Shown one piece after another: positions 40,992 through 54,166 of a DNA stretch of 64,000 bases. Below the pieces are notes generated by a model. The model made no database searches. It was not told the DNA's origin and saw only the letters and a list, made by a program, of their open reading frames with translations. The stretch is from Escherichia coli (lineage in GTDB: Bacteria; Pseudomonadota; Gammaproteobacteria; Enterobacterales; Enterobacteriaceae). The stretch lies in NCBI RefSeq assembly GCF_030384885.1, contig NZ_CP128613.1. The stretch is one strand, 5' to 3'. The stretch's first letter is position 1. Each line of letters begins with the position of its first letter. The translations under genes and the position numbers were made by a program.

Positions 40992-41654
40992 ATGGATTAT
41001 ACGCTCACCCGCATAGATCCCAACGGTGAGAACGACCGTTACCCCCTGCAAAAGCAGGAGATCGTAACCGACCCTCTGGAGCAAGAAGTTAACAAAAACG
41101 TGTTTATGGGCAAGCTCAATGACATGGTTAACTGGGGTCGTAAAAACTCAATTTGGCCGTATAACTTCGGTCTTTCCTGCTGTTACGTTGAGATGGTGAC
41201 TTCGTTTACCGCGGTGCATGACGTGGCACGTTTTGGCGCAGAAGTATTGCGTGCTTCGCCGCGTCAGGCTGACCTGATGGTGGTTGCAGGAACCTGCTTT
41301 ACCAAAATGGCACCGGTTATTCAGCGTCTGTATGACCAGATGCTGGAACCAAAATGGGTTATCTCAATGGGGGCCTGTGCCAACTCTGGCGGTATGTACG
41401 ATATTTATTCCGTTGTGCAGGGCGTCGATAAATTCATTCCGGTTGATGTGTATATCCCGGGCTGCCCGCCACGTCCTGAAGCGTACATGCAGGCATTGAT
41501 GCTGTTGCAGGAATCTATCGGCAAAGAACGTCGTCCGCTCTCATGGGTGGTTGGCGATCAGGGCGTTTATCGCGCCAACATGCAATCAGAGCGCGAACGC
41601 AAGCGCGGTGAACGCATTGCCGTTACCAACCTGCGTACACCTGACGAGATTTAA
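40992..41654 (+). CDS. nuoB: NADH-quinone oxidoreductase subunit B
   Basis: 220-aa ORF with Fe-S cluster N2 Cys motifs (CCYVEM...GCPP). Confidence 0.97.
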
Positions 41655-41747
41655 TTTGCGCCTGTCGGCAAAGGGATTTTTCTTCGCTTATTCCTAAATC
41701 TATTTCGCGAAGCTTACTGCGCCGACAGTCACCACGGACCATTTGCA

Positions 41748-43550
41748 ATGGTGAACAATATGACCGACTTAACCGCGCAAGAACCCGCCTGGCAGACCCG
41801 CGATCATCTTGATGATCCGGTGATTGGCGAACTGCGCAACCGTTTTGGGCCGGATGCCTTTACTGTTCAGGCGACTCGCACCGGGGTTCCCGTTGTGTGG
41901 ATCAAGCGTGAACAATTACTGGAAGTGGGTGATTTCTTAAAGAAACTGCCGAAACCTTACGTCATGCTGTTTGACTTACACGGCATGGACGAACGTCTGC
42001 GCACACACCGCGAAGGGTTACCTGCCGCGGATTTTTCCGTTTTCTACCATCTGATTTCTATTGATCGTAACCGCGACATCATGCTGAAGGTGGCGCTGGC
42101 AGAAAACGACCTGCACGTACCGACCTTCACCAAGCTGTTCCCGAACGCTAACTGGTATGAGCGTGAAACCTGGGATCTGTTTGGCATTACTTTCGACGGT
42201 CACCCCAATTTGCGCCGCATCATGATGCCGCAAACCTGGAAAGGTCACCCGCTGCGTAAAGATTACCCGGCGCGCGCTACCGAATTCTCGCCGTTTGAGC
42301 TGACCAAAGCCAAACAGGATCTGGAGATGGAAGCCCTGACCTTCAAACCGGAAGAGTGGGGGATGAAGCGTGGCACCGAAAATGAAGACTTCATGTTCCT
42401 CAACCTCGGTCCGAACCACCCGTCGGCGCACGGTGCTTTCCGTATCGTTTTGCAACTCGATGGCGAAGAGATTGTCGACTGCGTACCAGACATCGGTTAC
42501 CACCATCGTGGTGCGGAGAAAATGGGCGAGCGCCAGTCATGGCACAGCTACATTCCGTATACCGACCGTATTGAATATCTCGGCGGCTGTGTTAACGAGA
42601 TGCCGTATGTACTGGCGGTAGAGAAACTGGCCGGGATCACCGTACCGGATCGCGTTAACGTCATTCGCGTAATGCTTTCTGAGCTGTTCCGCATCAACAG
42701 CCACCTGCTGTATATCTCGACCTTTATTCAGGACGTCGGCGCGATGACGCCAGTGTTCTTCGCCTTTACCGATCGTCAGAAAATTTACGATCTGGTGGAA
42801 GCAATCACTGGTTTCCGTATGCACCCGGCGTGGTTCCGTATTGGCGGCGTAGCGCACGACCTGCCGCGCGGCTGGGATCGCCTGCTGCGTGAGTTCCTCG
42901 ACTGGATGCCGAAACGTCTGGCGTCTTATGAGAAAGCGGCGCTGCAAAACACGATTCTGAAAGGCCGTTCCCAGGGCGTAGCCGCCTACGGCGCGAAAGA
43001 GGCGCTGGAGTGGGGCACCACTGGCGCGGGCCTGCGTGCTACCGGGATCGACTTCGATGTGCGTAAGGCGCGCCCTTATTCTGGCTATGAAAACTTCGAT
43101 TTTGAAATCCCGGTTGGTGGTGGTGTTTCTGACTGCTACACCCGCGTAATGCTGAAAGTGGAAGAATTGCGTCAGAGTCTGCGCATTCTTGAGCAGTGCC
43201 TCAACAACATGCCGGAAGGCCCGTTCAAAGCGGATCACCCGCTGACCACGCCGCCGCCGAAAGAGCGCACGTTGCAACATATCGAAACCCTGATCACCCA
43301 CTTCCTGCAAGTGTCGTGGGGGCCGGTGATGCCTGCCAATGAATCTTTCCAGATGATTGAGGCGACCAAAGGGATCAACAGTTACTACCTGACCAGCGAC
43401 GGCAGCACCATGAGTTATCGCACCCGTATCCGTACGCCGAGTTATGCGCATTTGCAGCAAATTCCGGCGGCGATCCGCGGCAGCCTGGTGTCTGACCTGA
43501 TTGTTTATCTGGGCAGTATCGATTTTGTTATGTCAGATGTGGACCGCTAA
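41748..43550 (+). CDS. nuoC: NADH-quinone oxidoreductase subunit C/D (fused)
   Basis: 600-aa ORF; the true start may be the downstream ATG at 41760 (MTDLTAQEP...). Confidence 0.95.
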
Positions 43551-43552
43551 TT

Positions 43553-44053
43553 ATGCACGAGAATCAACAACCACAAACCGAGGCTTTTGAGCTGAGTGCG
43601 GCTGAGCGTGAAGCGATTGAGCACGAGATGCACCACTACGAAGACCCGCGTGCGGCGTCCATTGAAGCGCTGAAAATCGTTCAGAAACAGCGTGGATGGG
43701 TGCCAGACGGCGCGATCCACGCGATCGCTGACGTTCTGGGTATTCCCGCAAGTGATGTCGAAGGCGTGGCTACTTTCTACAGCCAGATCTTCCGCCAGCC
43801 GGTTGGTCGCCATGTGATCCGTTATTGCGACAGCGTGGTCTGTCACATTAACGGTTACCAGGGCATTCAGGCGGCGCTGGAGAAAAAACTGAACATCAAA
43901 CCAGGGCAAACGACGTTTGACGGTCGCTTTACGCTGCTGCCAACTTGCTGCCTGGGGAACTGCGACAAAGGGCCAAACATGATGATCGATGAGGACACTC
44001 ACGCGCATCTGACCCCGGAAGCGATTCCTGAACTGCTGGAGCGGTATAAATGA
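43553..44053 (+). CDS. nuoE: NADH-quinone oxidoreductase subunit E
   Basis: 166-aa ORF with 2Fe-2S Cys motifs; overlaps nuoF start. Confidence 0.97.
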
Positions 44054-45387
44054 AAAACATTATCCGTACTCCCGAAACGCATCCGCTGACCTGGCGTCTG
44101 CGTGATGACAAACAGCCAGTGTGGCTGGACGAATATCGCAGCAAAAACGGTTATGAAGGAGCGCGTAAGGCGCTGACCGGGCTGTCTCCGGACGAGATCG
44201 TCAATCAGGTTAAAGACGCTGGCCTGAAAGGGCGCGGCGGTGCGGGCTTCTCGACTGGCCTGAAATGGAGCCTGATGCCGAAAGACGAATCCATGAACAT
44301 CCGTTACCTGCTGTGTAACGCCGATGAAATGGAGCCGGGCACTTATAAAGACCGCCTGCTGATGGAGCAACTACCGCACCTGCTGGTGGAAGGTATGCTC
44401 ATCTCCGCATTTGCGCTGAAAGCTTACCGTGGCTACATCTTCTTGCGTGGCGAATATATCGAGGCGGCAGTGAATCTGCGCCGTGCCATTGCCGAAGCTA
44501 CCGAAGCAGGGCTGCTCGGCAAAAACATTATGGGAACAGGTTTCGATTTCGAACTGTTCGTCCATACCGGGGCAGGGCGCTACATCTGCGGGGAAGAAAC
44601 AGCGTTAATCAACTCCCTGGAAGGGCGTCGCGCTAACCCACGCTCGAAGCCCCCCTTCCCGGCAACCTCTGGCGTTTGGGGCAAACCGACCTGTGTCAAC
44701 AACGTCGAAACCCTGTGTAACGTTCCGGCGATCCTCGCTAACGGCGTGGAGTGGTATCAGAACATCTCGAAAAGCAAAGATGCTGGCACCAAGCTGATGG
44801 GCTTCTCCGGTCGGGTGAAAAATCCGGGTCTGTGGGAACTGCCGTTTGGCACCACCGCACGCGAGATCCTCGAAGATTACGCCGGTGGTATGCGTGACGG
44901 CCTGAAATTCAAAGCCTGGCAGCCAGGCGGCGCGGGCACCGACTTCCTGACCGAAGCGCACCTTGATCTGCCGATGGAATTCGAAAGTATCGGTAAAGCG
45001 GGCAGCCGTCTGGGTACGGCGCTGGCGATGGCGGTTGATCACGAGATCAACATGGTGTCGCTGGTACGAAACCTGGAAGAGTTTTTCGCCCGTGAGTCCT
45101 GCGGCTGGTGTACGCCGTGCCGTGATGGTCTGCCGTGGAGCGTGAAAATTCTGCGCGCGCTGGAGCGTGGCGAAGGTCAGCCGGGCGATATCGAAACACT
45201 TGAGCAACTGTGTCGATTCTTGGGTCCGGGTAAAACTTTCTGTGCCCACGCACCTGGTGCAGTGGAGCCGTTACAGAGCGCCATCAAATATTTCCGCGAA
45301 GAATTTGAGGCGGGAATCAAACAGCCGTTCAGCAATACCCATTTGATTAATGGGATTCAGCCGAACCTGCTGAAAGAGCGCTGGTAA
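44050..45387 (+). CDS. nuoF: NADH-quinone oxidoreductase subunit F
   Basis: 445-aa ORF with FMN/NADH-binding and 4Fe-4S motifs. Confidence 0.97.
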   Translation: MKNIIRTPETHPLTWRLRDDKQPVWLDEYRSKNGYEGARKALTGLSPDEIVNQVKDAGLKGRGGAGFSTGLKWSLMPKDESMNIRYLLCNADEMEPGTYKDRLLMEQLPHLLVEGMLISAFALKAYRGYIFLRGEYIEAAVNLRRAIAEATEAGLLGKNIMGTGFDFELFVHTGAGRYICGEETALINSLEGRRANPRSKPPFPATSGVWGKPTCVNNVETLCNVPAILANGVEWYQNISKSKDAGTKLMGFSGRVKNPGLWELPFGTTAREILEDYAGGMRDGLKFKAWQPGGAGTDFLTEAHLDLPMEFESIGKAGSRLGTALAMAVDHEINMVSLVRNLEEFFARESCGWCTPCRDGLPWSVKILRALERGEGQPGDIETLEQLCRFLGPGKTFCAHAPGAVEPLQSAIKYFREEFEAGIKQPFSNTHLINGIQPNLLKERW

Positions 45388-45439
45388 CCGAATTTCGATT
45401 AACGCTCAGTCTCTGACTGAGAAAACTGGAAGCATGCTA

Positions 45440-48166
45440 ATGGCTACAATTCATGTAGACGGCAAAGAATACGAGGTTAACGGAGCGGACAACCTGCTGG
45501 AAGCTTGTCTGTCTTTGGGCCTTGATATTCCTTACTTTTGCTGGCATCCGGCGCTGGGAAGCGTCGGTGCTTGCCGCCAGTGTGCGGTGAAGCAATACCA
45601 AAACGCGGAAGACACGCGTGGTCGCCTGGTTATGTCCTGTATGACACCGGCTTCCGATGGCACCTTTATTTCCATTGACGACGAAGAAGCGAAACAGTTC
45701 CGTGAAAGCGTGGTCGAGTGGTTGATGACCAACCACCCGCACGATTGTCCGGTATGTGAAGAGGGCGGTAACTGCCATCTTCAGGATATGACCGTGATGA
45801 CCGGACACAGCTTCCGTCGCTACCGTTTCACCAAACGTACCCACCGCAATCAGGATCTGGGGCCGTTCATCTCTCACGAAATGAACCGCTGCATCGCCTG
45901 CTACCGCTGCGTGCGTTACTACAAAGATTACGCTGACGGTACAGATCTGGGCGTTTACGGTGCACATGACAACGTCTACTTCGGTCGCCCGGAAGACGGC
46001 ACCCTTGAAAGCGAATTCTCCGGTAACCTGGTCGAAATTTGCCCGACCGGCGTATTCACCGACAAAACGCACTCCGAGCGTTATAACCGTAAATGGGATA
46101 TGCAGTTTGCGCCGAGCATCTGCCAGCAATGTTCCATCGGCTGTAACATCAGCCCTGGCGAGCGTTATGGCGAACTGCGTCGTATCGAAAACCGTTACAA
46201 CGGTACGGTAAACCACTACTTCCTCTGCGACCGTGGTCGTTTCGGTTATGGCTACGTCAACCTGAAAGACCGTCCGCGTCAGCCAGTACAGCGTCGTGGC
46301 GATGATTTCATTACCCTCAACGCCGAACAGGCAATGCAGGGCGCAGCAGATATTCTGCGTCAGTCGAAGAAAGTCATCGGCATCGGTTCTCCGCGTGCCA
46401 GCGTGGAAAGCAACTTTGCGCTACGTGAGCTGGTGGGTGAAGAAAACTTCTACACCGGTATCGCTCACGGTGAGCAGGAACGTCTGCAACTGGCGCTGAA
46501 AGTACTGCGTGAAGGCGGCATTTATACTCCGGCTCTGCGCGAAATCGAATCTTACGATGCGGTACTGGTGCTGGGCGAAGACGTTACCCAGACCGGCGCG
46601 CGCGTCGCGCTGGCAGTGCGTCAGGCGGTGAAAGGTAAAGCGCGCGAAATGGCAGCAGCACAGAAAGTGGCTGACTGGCAGATTGCGGCAATCCTCAACA
46701 TCGGTCAACGTGCGAAGCATCCGCTGTTTGTTACCAACGTTGATGATACCCGTCTGGATGATATCGCGGCGTGGACTTACCGCGCACCGGTTGAAGATCA
46801 GGCGCGTTTAGGTTTTGCCATCGCCCATGCGCTGGATAACTCTGCACCAGCGGTTGACGGTATCGAGCCTGAACTGCAAAGCAAAATCGACGTCATCGTG
46901 CAGGCACTGGCTGGTGCGAAGAAACCGTTAATTATCTCCGGGACGAACGCTGGTAGCGCTGAAGTGATTCAGGCTGCGGCTAACGTCGCGAAAGCCCTGA
47001 AAGGTCGCGGCGCTGACGTCGGTATCACCATGATTGCCCGCTCTGTCAACAGCATGGGGTTGGGCATTATGGGCGGCGGTTCGCTTGAAGAAGCGTTGAC
47101 CGAACTGGAAACAGGACGCGCCGACGCGGTGGTGGTGCTGGAGAACGATCTGCATCGTCACGCTTCCGCTACCCGCGTGAATGCTGCGCTGGCGAAAGCG
47201 CCGCTGGTGATGGTGGTTGACCATCAACGTACGGCGATCATGGAAAACGCCCATCTGGTGCTTTCCGCCGCCAGCTTTGCTGAAAGCGACGGTACGGTGA
47301 TCAACAACGAAGGCCGCGCCCAACGTTTCTTCCAGGTTTACGATCCGGCTTATTACGACAGCAAAACTGTGATGCTGGAAAGCTGGCGCTGGCTGCACTC
47401 GCTGCACAGCACCCTGCTGAGCCGTGAAGTGGACTGGACGCAGCTCGACCATGTGATTGACGCTGTTGTGGCGAAAATCCCGGAACTGGCAGGTATCAAA
47501 GATGCTGCGCCGGATGCGACATTCCGTATTCGTGGGCAGAAACTGGCCCGTGAGCCGCACCGTTACAGTGGTCGTACCGCCATGCGCGCCAACATCAGCG
47601 TTCATGAGCCGCGTCAGCCTCAGGATATTGACACCATGTTCACCTTCTCGATGGAGGGTAACAACCAGCCGACCGCGCACCGTTCGCAAGTGCCGTTTGC
47701 CTGGGCGCCGGGCTGGAACTCCCCGCAGGCGTGGAACAAATTCCAGGACGAAGTGGGCGGTAAACTGCGCTTTGGCGATCCGGGCGTGCGTCTGTTTGAA
47801 ACCAGCGAAAACGGTCTGGATTACTTCACCAGCGTACCGGCACGCTTCCAGCCGCAGGAAGGGAAATGGCGTATCGCGCCGTACTACCACCTGTTTGGCA
47901 GCGATGAATTGTCACAGCGTGCTCCGGTCTTCCAGAGCCGTATGCCGCAACCGTACATCAAACTCAACCCAGCGGATGCCGCGAAGTTGGGAGTGAACGC
48001 GGGTACACGCGTCTCCTTTAGTTACGATGGCAACACGGTCACGCTGCCGGTTGAAATCGCCGAAGGACTGACGGCAGGGCAGGTGGGCTTGCCGATGGGC
48101 ATGTCCGGTATTGCTCCGGTGCTGGCTGGCGCGCATCTTGAGGATCTCAAGGAGGCACAACAATGA
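45440..48166 (+). CDS. nuoG: NADH-quinone oxidoreductase subunit G
   Basis: ORF open from 45434; probable start [13 protein letters not shown] at 45440 (908 aa); multiple Fe-S Cys clusters. Confidence 0.97.
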   Translation: MATIHVDGKEYEVNGADNLLEACLSLGLDIPYFCWHPALGSVGACRQCAVKQYQNAEDTRGRLVMSCMTPASDGTFISIDDEEAKQFRESVVEWLMTNHPHDCPVCEEGGNCHLQDMTVMTGHSFRRYRFTKRTHRNQDLGPFISHEMNRCIACYRCVRYYKDYADGTDLGVYGAHDNVYFGRPEDGTLESEFSGNLVEICPTGVFTDKTHSERYNRKWDMQFAPSICQQCSIGCNISPGERYGELRRIENRYNGTVNHYFLCDRGRFGYGYVNLKDRPRQPVQRRGDDFITLNAEQAMQGAADILRQSKKVIGIGSPRASVESNFALRELVGEENFYTGIAHGEQERLQLALKVLREGGIYTPALREIESYDAVLVLGEDVTQTGARVALAVRQAVKGKAREMAAAQKVADWQIAAILNIGQRAKHPLFVTNVDDTRLDDIAAWTYRAPVEDQARLGFAIAHALDNSAPAVDGIEPELQSKIDVIVQALAGAKKPLIISGTNAGSAEVIQAAANVAKALKGRGADVGITMIARSVNSMGLGIMGGGSLEEALTELETGRADAVVVLENDLHRHASATRVNAALAKAPLVMVVDHQRTAIMENAHLVLSAASFAESDGTVINNEGRAQRFFQVYDPAYYDSKTVMLESWRWLHSLHSTLLSREVDWTQLDHVIDAVVAKIPELAGIKDAAPDATFRIRGQKLAREPHRYSGRTAMRANISVHEPRQPQDIDTMFTFSMEGNNQPTAHRSQVPFAWAPGWNSPQAWNKFQDEVGGKLRFGDPGVRLFETSENGLDYFTSVPARFQPQEGKWRIAPYYHLFGSDELSQRAPVFQSRMPQPYIKLNPADAAKLGVNAGTRVSFSYDGNTVTLPVEIAEGLTAGQVGLPMGMSGIAPVLAGAHLEDLKEAQQ

Positions 48167-49140
48167 GTTGGATATCACCGGAACTGATTGAGATCCTGCT
48201 GACCATCCTCAAAGCGGTGGTGATCCTGCTGGTGGTTGTCACCTGCGGGGCATTCATGAGCTTTGGCGAACGTCGCCTGCTGGGTCTGTTCCAGAACCGT
48301 TACGGACCTAACCGTGTTGGCTGGGGCGGTTCGCTCCAGCTGGTCGCGGACATGATCAAAATGTTCTTTAAAGAAGACTGGATCCCGAAATTCTCGGATC
48401 GCGTCATCTTTACCCTGGCACCGATGATTGCCTTTACCTCGCTGCTGCTGGCCTTTGCGATTGTGCCAGTCAGTCCGGGTTGGGTAGTTGCCGACCTGAA
48501 CATCGGGATTTTGTTCTTCCTGATGATGGCAGGTCTGGCGGTTTACGCGGTGCTGTTTGCGGGCTGGTCAAGTAACAACAAATACTCGCTGCTGGGTGCG
48601 ATGCGTGCTTCTGCGCAGACCCTGAGCTACGAAGTGTTCCTCGGGCTTTCCCTGATGGGCGTGGTGGCGCAGGCCGGTTCATTCAACATGACCGACATCG
48701 TTAACAGCCAGGCGCACGTGTGGAACGTCATCCCGCAATTCTTTGGTTTTATTACCTTTGCCATCGCGGGCGTGGCGGTGTGTCACCGTCACCCGTTTGA
48801 CCAGCCGGAAGCCGAGCAGGAACTGGCGGATGGTTACCACATTGAATATTCCGGCATGAAGTTCGGTCTGTTCTTCGTGGGCGAATACATCGGGATTGTG
48901 ACCATCTCCGCATTGATGGTGACGCTGTTCTTCGGTGGCTGGCAAGGCCCGTTCTTACCGCCATTCATCTGGTTCGCGCTGAAAACCGCGTTCTTTATGA
49001 TGATGTTCATTTTGATTCGTGCGTCGTTACCGCGTCCGCGTTATGACCAGGTAATGTCCTTCGGCTGGAAAATCTGCCTGCCGCTGACGCTGATCAACTT
49101 GCTGGTAACGGCGGCTGTCATTCTCTGGCAGGCGCAATAA
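48163..49140 (+). CDS. nuoH: NADH-quinone oxidoreductase subunit H
   Basis: 325-aa membrane ORF overlapping nuoG stop. Confidence 0.97.
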
Positions 49141-49154
49141 GGGGCACTAAGACC

Positions 49155-49697
49155 ATGACCTTAAAAGAATTGTTAGTAGGTTTCGGCACCCAGGTTCGTA
49201 GTATCTGGATGATCGGCCTGCACGCGTTCGCCAAACGCGAAACGCGAATGTACCCGGAAGAGCCGGTCTATCTGCCGCCCCGTTATCGTGGTCGCATCGT
49301 TCTGACCCGCGACCCGGACGGCGAAGAGCGTTGCGTAGCCTGTAACCTCTGCGCGGTCGCCTGCCCGGTCGGCTGTATCTCGCTGCAAAAAGCAGAAACC
49401 AAAGACGGTCGCTGGTATCCGGAATTTTTCCGCATCAACTTCTCACGCTGCATTTTCTGTGGTCTGTGCGAAGAAGCCTGTCCGACGACGGCGATTCAGT
49501 TAACCCCGGATTTCGAAATGGGGGAATACAAGCGCCAGGATCTGGTTTATGAGAAAGAGGATCTGCTGATCTCCGGTCCGGGCAAATACCCGGAATATAA
49601 CTTCTACCGGATGGCAGGTATGGCAATCGACGGCAAAGATAAGGGCGAAGCAGAGAACGAAGCCAAGCCTATCGACGTCAAGAGCCTGTTACCGTAA
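49155..49697 (+). CDS. nuoI: NADH-quinone oxidoreductase subunit I
   Basis: 180-aa ORF with two ferredoxin-type CxxCxxCxxxCP motifs. Confidence 0.97.
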
Positions 49698-49708
49698 GGA
49701 GAGGGGCA

Positions 49709-50263
49709 ATGGAGTTCGCTTTTTATATCTGTGGCCTGATAGCCATACTTGCGACCTTGCGAGTGATCACCCATACCAATCCGGTACATGCATTGCTGTA
49801 CCTGATTATTTCGCTGCTGGCGATTTCCGGGGTGTTCTTCTCACTGGGCGCTTACTTCGCCGGTGCGCTGGAAATTATCGTCTACGCGGGTGCCATTATG
49901 GTGCTGTTCGTGTTCGTGGTGATGATGCTCAACCTGGGCGGTTCGGAAATCGAACAGGAACGCCAGTGGCTGAAACCGCAGGTGTGGATTGGTCCGGCAA
50001 TTTTGTCAGCCATCATGCTGGTGGTGATTGTTTACGCCATTCTCGGTGTTAACGATCAGGGTATCGACGGTACGCCAATCAGTGCTAAAGCAGTGGGTAT
50101 TACGCTGTTCGGGCCTTACGTACTGGCGGTGGAACTGGCTTCTATGCTGCTGCTGGCTGGTCTGGTTGTGGCCTTCCACGTCGGTCGTGAAGAGCGTGCG
50201 GGTGAAGTGCTGAGCAATCGTAAAGACGACAGCGCGAAAAGAAAAACGGAGGAGCACGCATGA
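49709..50263 (+). CDS. nuoJ: NADH-quinone oxidoreductase subunit J
   Basis: 184-aa membrane ORF. Confidence 0.97.
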
Positions 50264-50562
50264 TCCCCTTACAACATGGACTGATCCTCGCGGCAATCTT
50301 ATTCGTTCTTGGCTTAACCGGTCTGGTTATCCGTCGCAATCTGCTTTTTATGCTGATTGGTCTGGAAATCATGATTAACGCCTCTGCGCTGGCCTTTGTG
50401 GTCGCCGGAAGCTACTGGGGCCAGACCGACGGTCAGGTGATGTACATTCTCGCCATCAGCCTCGCGGCGGCGGAAGCGAGTATCGGCCTTGCGCTGCTGC
50501 TGCAACTTCACCGTCGTCGCCAGAACCTGAACATCGATTCAGTAAGTGAGATGCGCGGATGA
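50260..50562 (+). CDS. nuoK: NADH-quinone oxidoreductase subunit K
   Basis: 100-aa membrane ORF overlapping nuoJ and nuoL. Confidence 0.97.
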
Positions 50563-52400
50563 ACATGCTTGCCTTAACCATTATTTTGCCATTGATTGGC
50601 TTCGTCTTGCTGGCGTTCTCCCGTGGGCGCTGGTCTGAAAACGTCTCAGCGATCGTGGGCGTAGGCTCTGTGGGCCTGGCGGCGCTGGTAACCGCCTTTA
50701 TTGGCGTCGATTTTTTCGCTAACGGCGAGCAGGCATACAGCCAGCCGCTGTGGACGTGGATGTCGGTAGGCGACTTTAATATCGGTTTCAATCTGGTGCT
50801 GGACGGCCTGTCGCTGACCATGCTCTCGGTGGTCACCGGTGTCGGTTTCCTTATTCACATGTACGCCTCCTGGTACATGCGTGGTGAAGAGGGCTACTCT
50901 CGCTTCTTCGCCTACACCAACCTGTTCATCGCCAGCATGGTGGTTCTGGTTCTTGCCGACAACCTGCTGCTGATGTACCTCGGCTGGGAAGGCGTTGGCC
51001 TGTGCTCCTATCTGTTGATCGGTTTCTATTACACCGATCCGAAGAATGGCGCAGCGGCAATGAAAGCGTTTGTCGTGACCCGTGTGGGTGACGTGTTCCT
51101 CGCTTTCGCGCTGTTCATTCTCTACAACGAACTGGGCACCCTGAACTTCCGTGAAATGGTGGAACTGGCACCCGCGCACTTTGCTGACGGCAATAACATG
51201 CTGATGTGGGCGACGCTGATGCTGCTGGGCGGTGCGGTTGGTAAATCTGCGCAGCTACCGTTGCAGACATGGCTTGCCGACGCGATGGCGGGCCCGACGC
51301 CTGTCTCCGCGCTGATCCACGCCGCAACGATGGTAACCGCGGGTGTCTACCTGATCGCCCGTACCCACGGCCTGTTCCTGATGACGCCAGAAGTTCTGCA
51401 TCTGGTGGGTATTGTCGGGGCAGTGACGTTGCTGCTGGCCGGTTTTGCCGCGCTGGTACAGACCGACATCAAACGTGTTCTCGCTTACTCCACCATGAGC
51501 CAGATTGGCTACATGTTCCTTGCGCTTGGCGTACAGGCATGGGATGCGGCGATTTTCCACTTGATGACCCACGCGTTCTTTAAAGCGCTGCTGTTCCTGG
51601 CATCCGGTTCCGTCATTCTGGCCTGCCATCACGAACAGAACATCTTCAAGATGGGCGGTCTGCGTAAATCTATTCCGCTGGTTTATCTCTGCTTCCTGGT
51701 GGGTGGTGCAGCACTGTCGGCACTTCCGCTGGTTACTGCGGGCTTCTTCAGTAAGGATGAGATCCTCGCCGGTGCGATGGCGAATGGTCATATCAATCTG
51801 ATGGTGGCAGGTCTGGTCGGTGCGTTTATGACCTCGCTCTACACCTTCCGTATGATTTTCATCGTCTTCCATGGGAAAGAACAAATTCACGCTCACGCCG
51901 TGAAAGGGATTACTCACAGCCTGCCGCTGATTGTGTTGCTGATCCTTTCCACCTTCGTTGGCGCACTGATTGTACCGCCGCTGCAGGGCGTGCTTCCGCA
52001 AACTACGGAACTGGCGCACGGCAGCATGTTGACCCTGGAAATTACCTCAGGCGTGGTCGCGGTGGTCGGCATTCTGCTGGCAGCCTGGCTGTGGCTGGGT
52101 AAACGTACTCTGGTGACCTCCATCGCCAACAGTGCGCCGGGCCGTCTGCTGGGTACCTGGTGGTACAACGCCTGGGGCTTTGACTGGCTGTACGACAAAG
52201 TGTTCGTTAAGCCATTCCTGGGTATTGCCTGGTTACTGAAACGCGATCCGCTGAACTCAATGATGAACATCCCGGCTGTCCTTTCCCGCTTTGCAGGTAA
52301 AGGTCTGCTGTTAAGCGAGAACGGTTATCTGCGCTGGTATGTGGCATCCATGAGCATCGGTGCGGTCGTGGTGCTGGCACTGTTGATGGTACTGCGTTGA
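50559..52400 (+). CDS. nuoL: NADH-quinone oxidoreductase subunit L
   Basis: 613-aa antiporter-like membrane ORF. Confidence 0.97.
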
Positions 52401-52630
52401 GTTGTTGGCTGAGTGAATATACCCGGCGTTGCGCCGGGTCTGTGAACTAAGAATAAATTTTAGGTAACTGTTCCTGAAGTACAGGCGTCATCGGCGAAGT
52501 CAGACCGGATACCGCCAGCGCACAGCAACCGGAGCGTACTTAAGTACGTGAGGATTGCGAGCACTGCCGGGATTCGGGCTGGCAAGTGAGATAGCCTGAG
52601 CAGGAGTAAATATAAGGGACATACTTAGCT

Positions 52631-54160
52631 ATGTTATTACCCTGGTTAATACTAATCCCCTTTATCGGCGGCTTCTTGTGCTGGCAGACCGAACGCTTTG
52701 GCGTCAAGGTGCCACGCTGGATCGCGCTGATCACCATGGGATTGACGCTGGCGCTGTCGCTGCAACTGTGGTTGCAGGGCGGTTATTCACTGACGCAATC
52801 TGCCGGAATTCCGCAGTGGCAGTCTGAATTCGACATGCCGTGGATCCCGCGTTTTGGTATCTCTATTCATCTCGCCATTGATGGTCTGTCGCTGCTGATG
52901 GTCGTTCTGACCGGTCTGCTCGGCGTGCTGGCGGTACTTTGTTCGTGGAAAGAGATCGAAAAATATCAGGGCTTCTTCCACCTCAACCTGATGTGGATCC
53001 TGGGCGGCGTTATCGGCGTGTTCCTTGCCATCGACATGTTCCTGTTCTTCTTCTTCTGGGAAATGATGCTGGTGCCGATGTACTTCCTGATCGCACTGTG
53101 GGGGCATAAAGCTTCTGACGGTAAAACGCGTATCACGGCGGCAACCAAGTTCTTCATTTACACCCAGGCGAGTGGTCTGGTGATGTTGATTGCTATCCTG
53201 GCGCTGGTTTTTGTTCACTACAATGCGACCGGCGTCTGGACCTTCAATTATGAAGAGCTGCTGAATACGCCGATGTCTAACGGCGTGGAATACCTGCTGA
53301 TGCTGGGCTTCTTCATCGCCTTCGCAGTGAAAATGCCGGTGGTTCCGCTGCATGGCTGGCTGCCGGATGCGCACTCTCAGGCACCGACTGCCGGTTCCGT
53401 TGACCTCGCGGGGATCTTGCTGAAAACCGCCGCTTACGGTTTGCTGCGTTTCTCTCTGCCACTGTTTCCGAACGCGTCGGCAGAGTTCGCGCCAATCGCC
53501 ATGTGGTTGGGTGTTATCGGCATCTTCTACGGTGCGTGGATGGCCTTCGCCCAGACCGATATCAAACGTCTGATCGCCTACACCTCGGTTTCCCACATGG
53601 GCTTCGTGCTGATTGCTATCTACACCGGCAGCCAGTTGGCCTACCAGGGCGCGGTCATTCAGATGATTGCTCACGGCTTGTCGGCGGCGGGTCTGTTTAT
53701 TCTCTGCGGTCAGCTCTATGAGCGTATCCACACCCGCGATATGCGCATGATGGGCGGTCTGTGGAGCAAGATGAAATGGCTGCCAGCACTGTCACTGTTC
53801 TTTGCGGTGGCAACGCTTGGGATGCCGGGCACCGGTAACTTCGTCGGCGAATTTATGATTCTGTTCGGCAGCTTCCAGGTTGTCCCGGTGATTACCGTTA
53901 TCTCTACCTTTGGGCTGGTCTTTGCATCTGTTTATTCGCTGGCGATGCTTCATCGCGCTTACTTCGGTAAAGCGAAAAGCCAGATTGCCAGCCAGGAACT
54001 GCCAGGGATGTCGCTGCGTGAGCTGTTTATGATCCTGTTGCTGGTGGTGCTGCTGGTACTGCTGGGCTTCTATCCGCAGCCGATTCTGGATACCTCGCAC
54101 TCCGCGATTGGCAATATCCAGCAGTGGTTTGTTAATTCCGTTACTACTACAAGGCCGTAA
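52631..54160 (+). CDS. nuoM: NADH-quinone oxidoreductase subunit M
   Basis: 509-aa antiporter-like membrane ORF. Confidence 0.97.
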   Translation: MLLPWLILIPFIGGFLCWQTERFGVKVPRWIALITMGLTLALSLQLWLQGGYSLTQSAGIPQWQSEFDMPWIPRFGISIHLAIDGLSLLMVVLTGLLGVLAVLCSWKEIEKYQGFFHLNLMWILGGVIGVFLAIDMFLFFFFWEMMLVPMYFLIALWGHKASDGKTRITAATKFFIYTQASGLVMLIAILALVFVHYNATGVWTFNYEELLNTPMSNGVEYLLMLGFFIAFAVKMPVVPLHGWLPDAHSQAPTAGSVDLAGILLKTAAYGLLRFSLPLFPNASAEFAPIAMWLGVIGIFYGAWMAFAQTDIKRLIAYTSVSHMGFVLIAIYTGSQLAYQGAVIQMIAHGLSAAGLFILCGQLYERIHTRDMRMMGGLWSKMKWLPALSLFFAVATLGMPGTGNFVGEFMILFGSFQVVPVITVISTFGLVFASVYSLAMLHRAYFGKAKSQIASQELPGMSLRELFMILLLVVLLVLLGFYPQPILDTSHSAIGNIQQWFVNSVTTTRP

Positions 54161-54166
54161 ATCGCC

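Noticed and set aside
46928-47890. 320-aa minus-strand ORF inside nuoG, with similar antisense ORFs in fabB (4104-4907), purF (15854-16624) and nuoC (42537-43460)
   Set aside because: All are antisense to conserved core genes, encode Arg-rich low-complexity products and lack ribosome-binding sites; treated as spurious.
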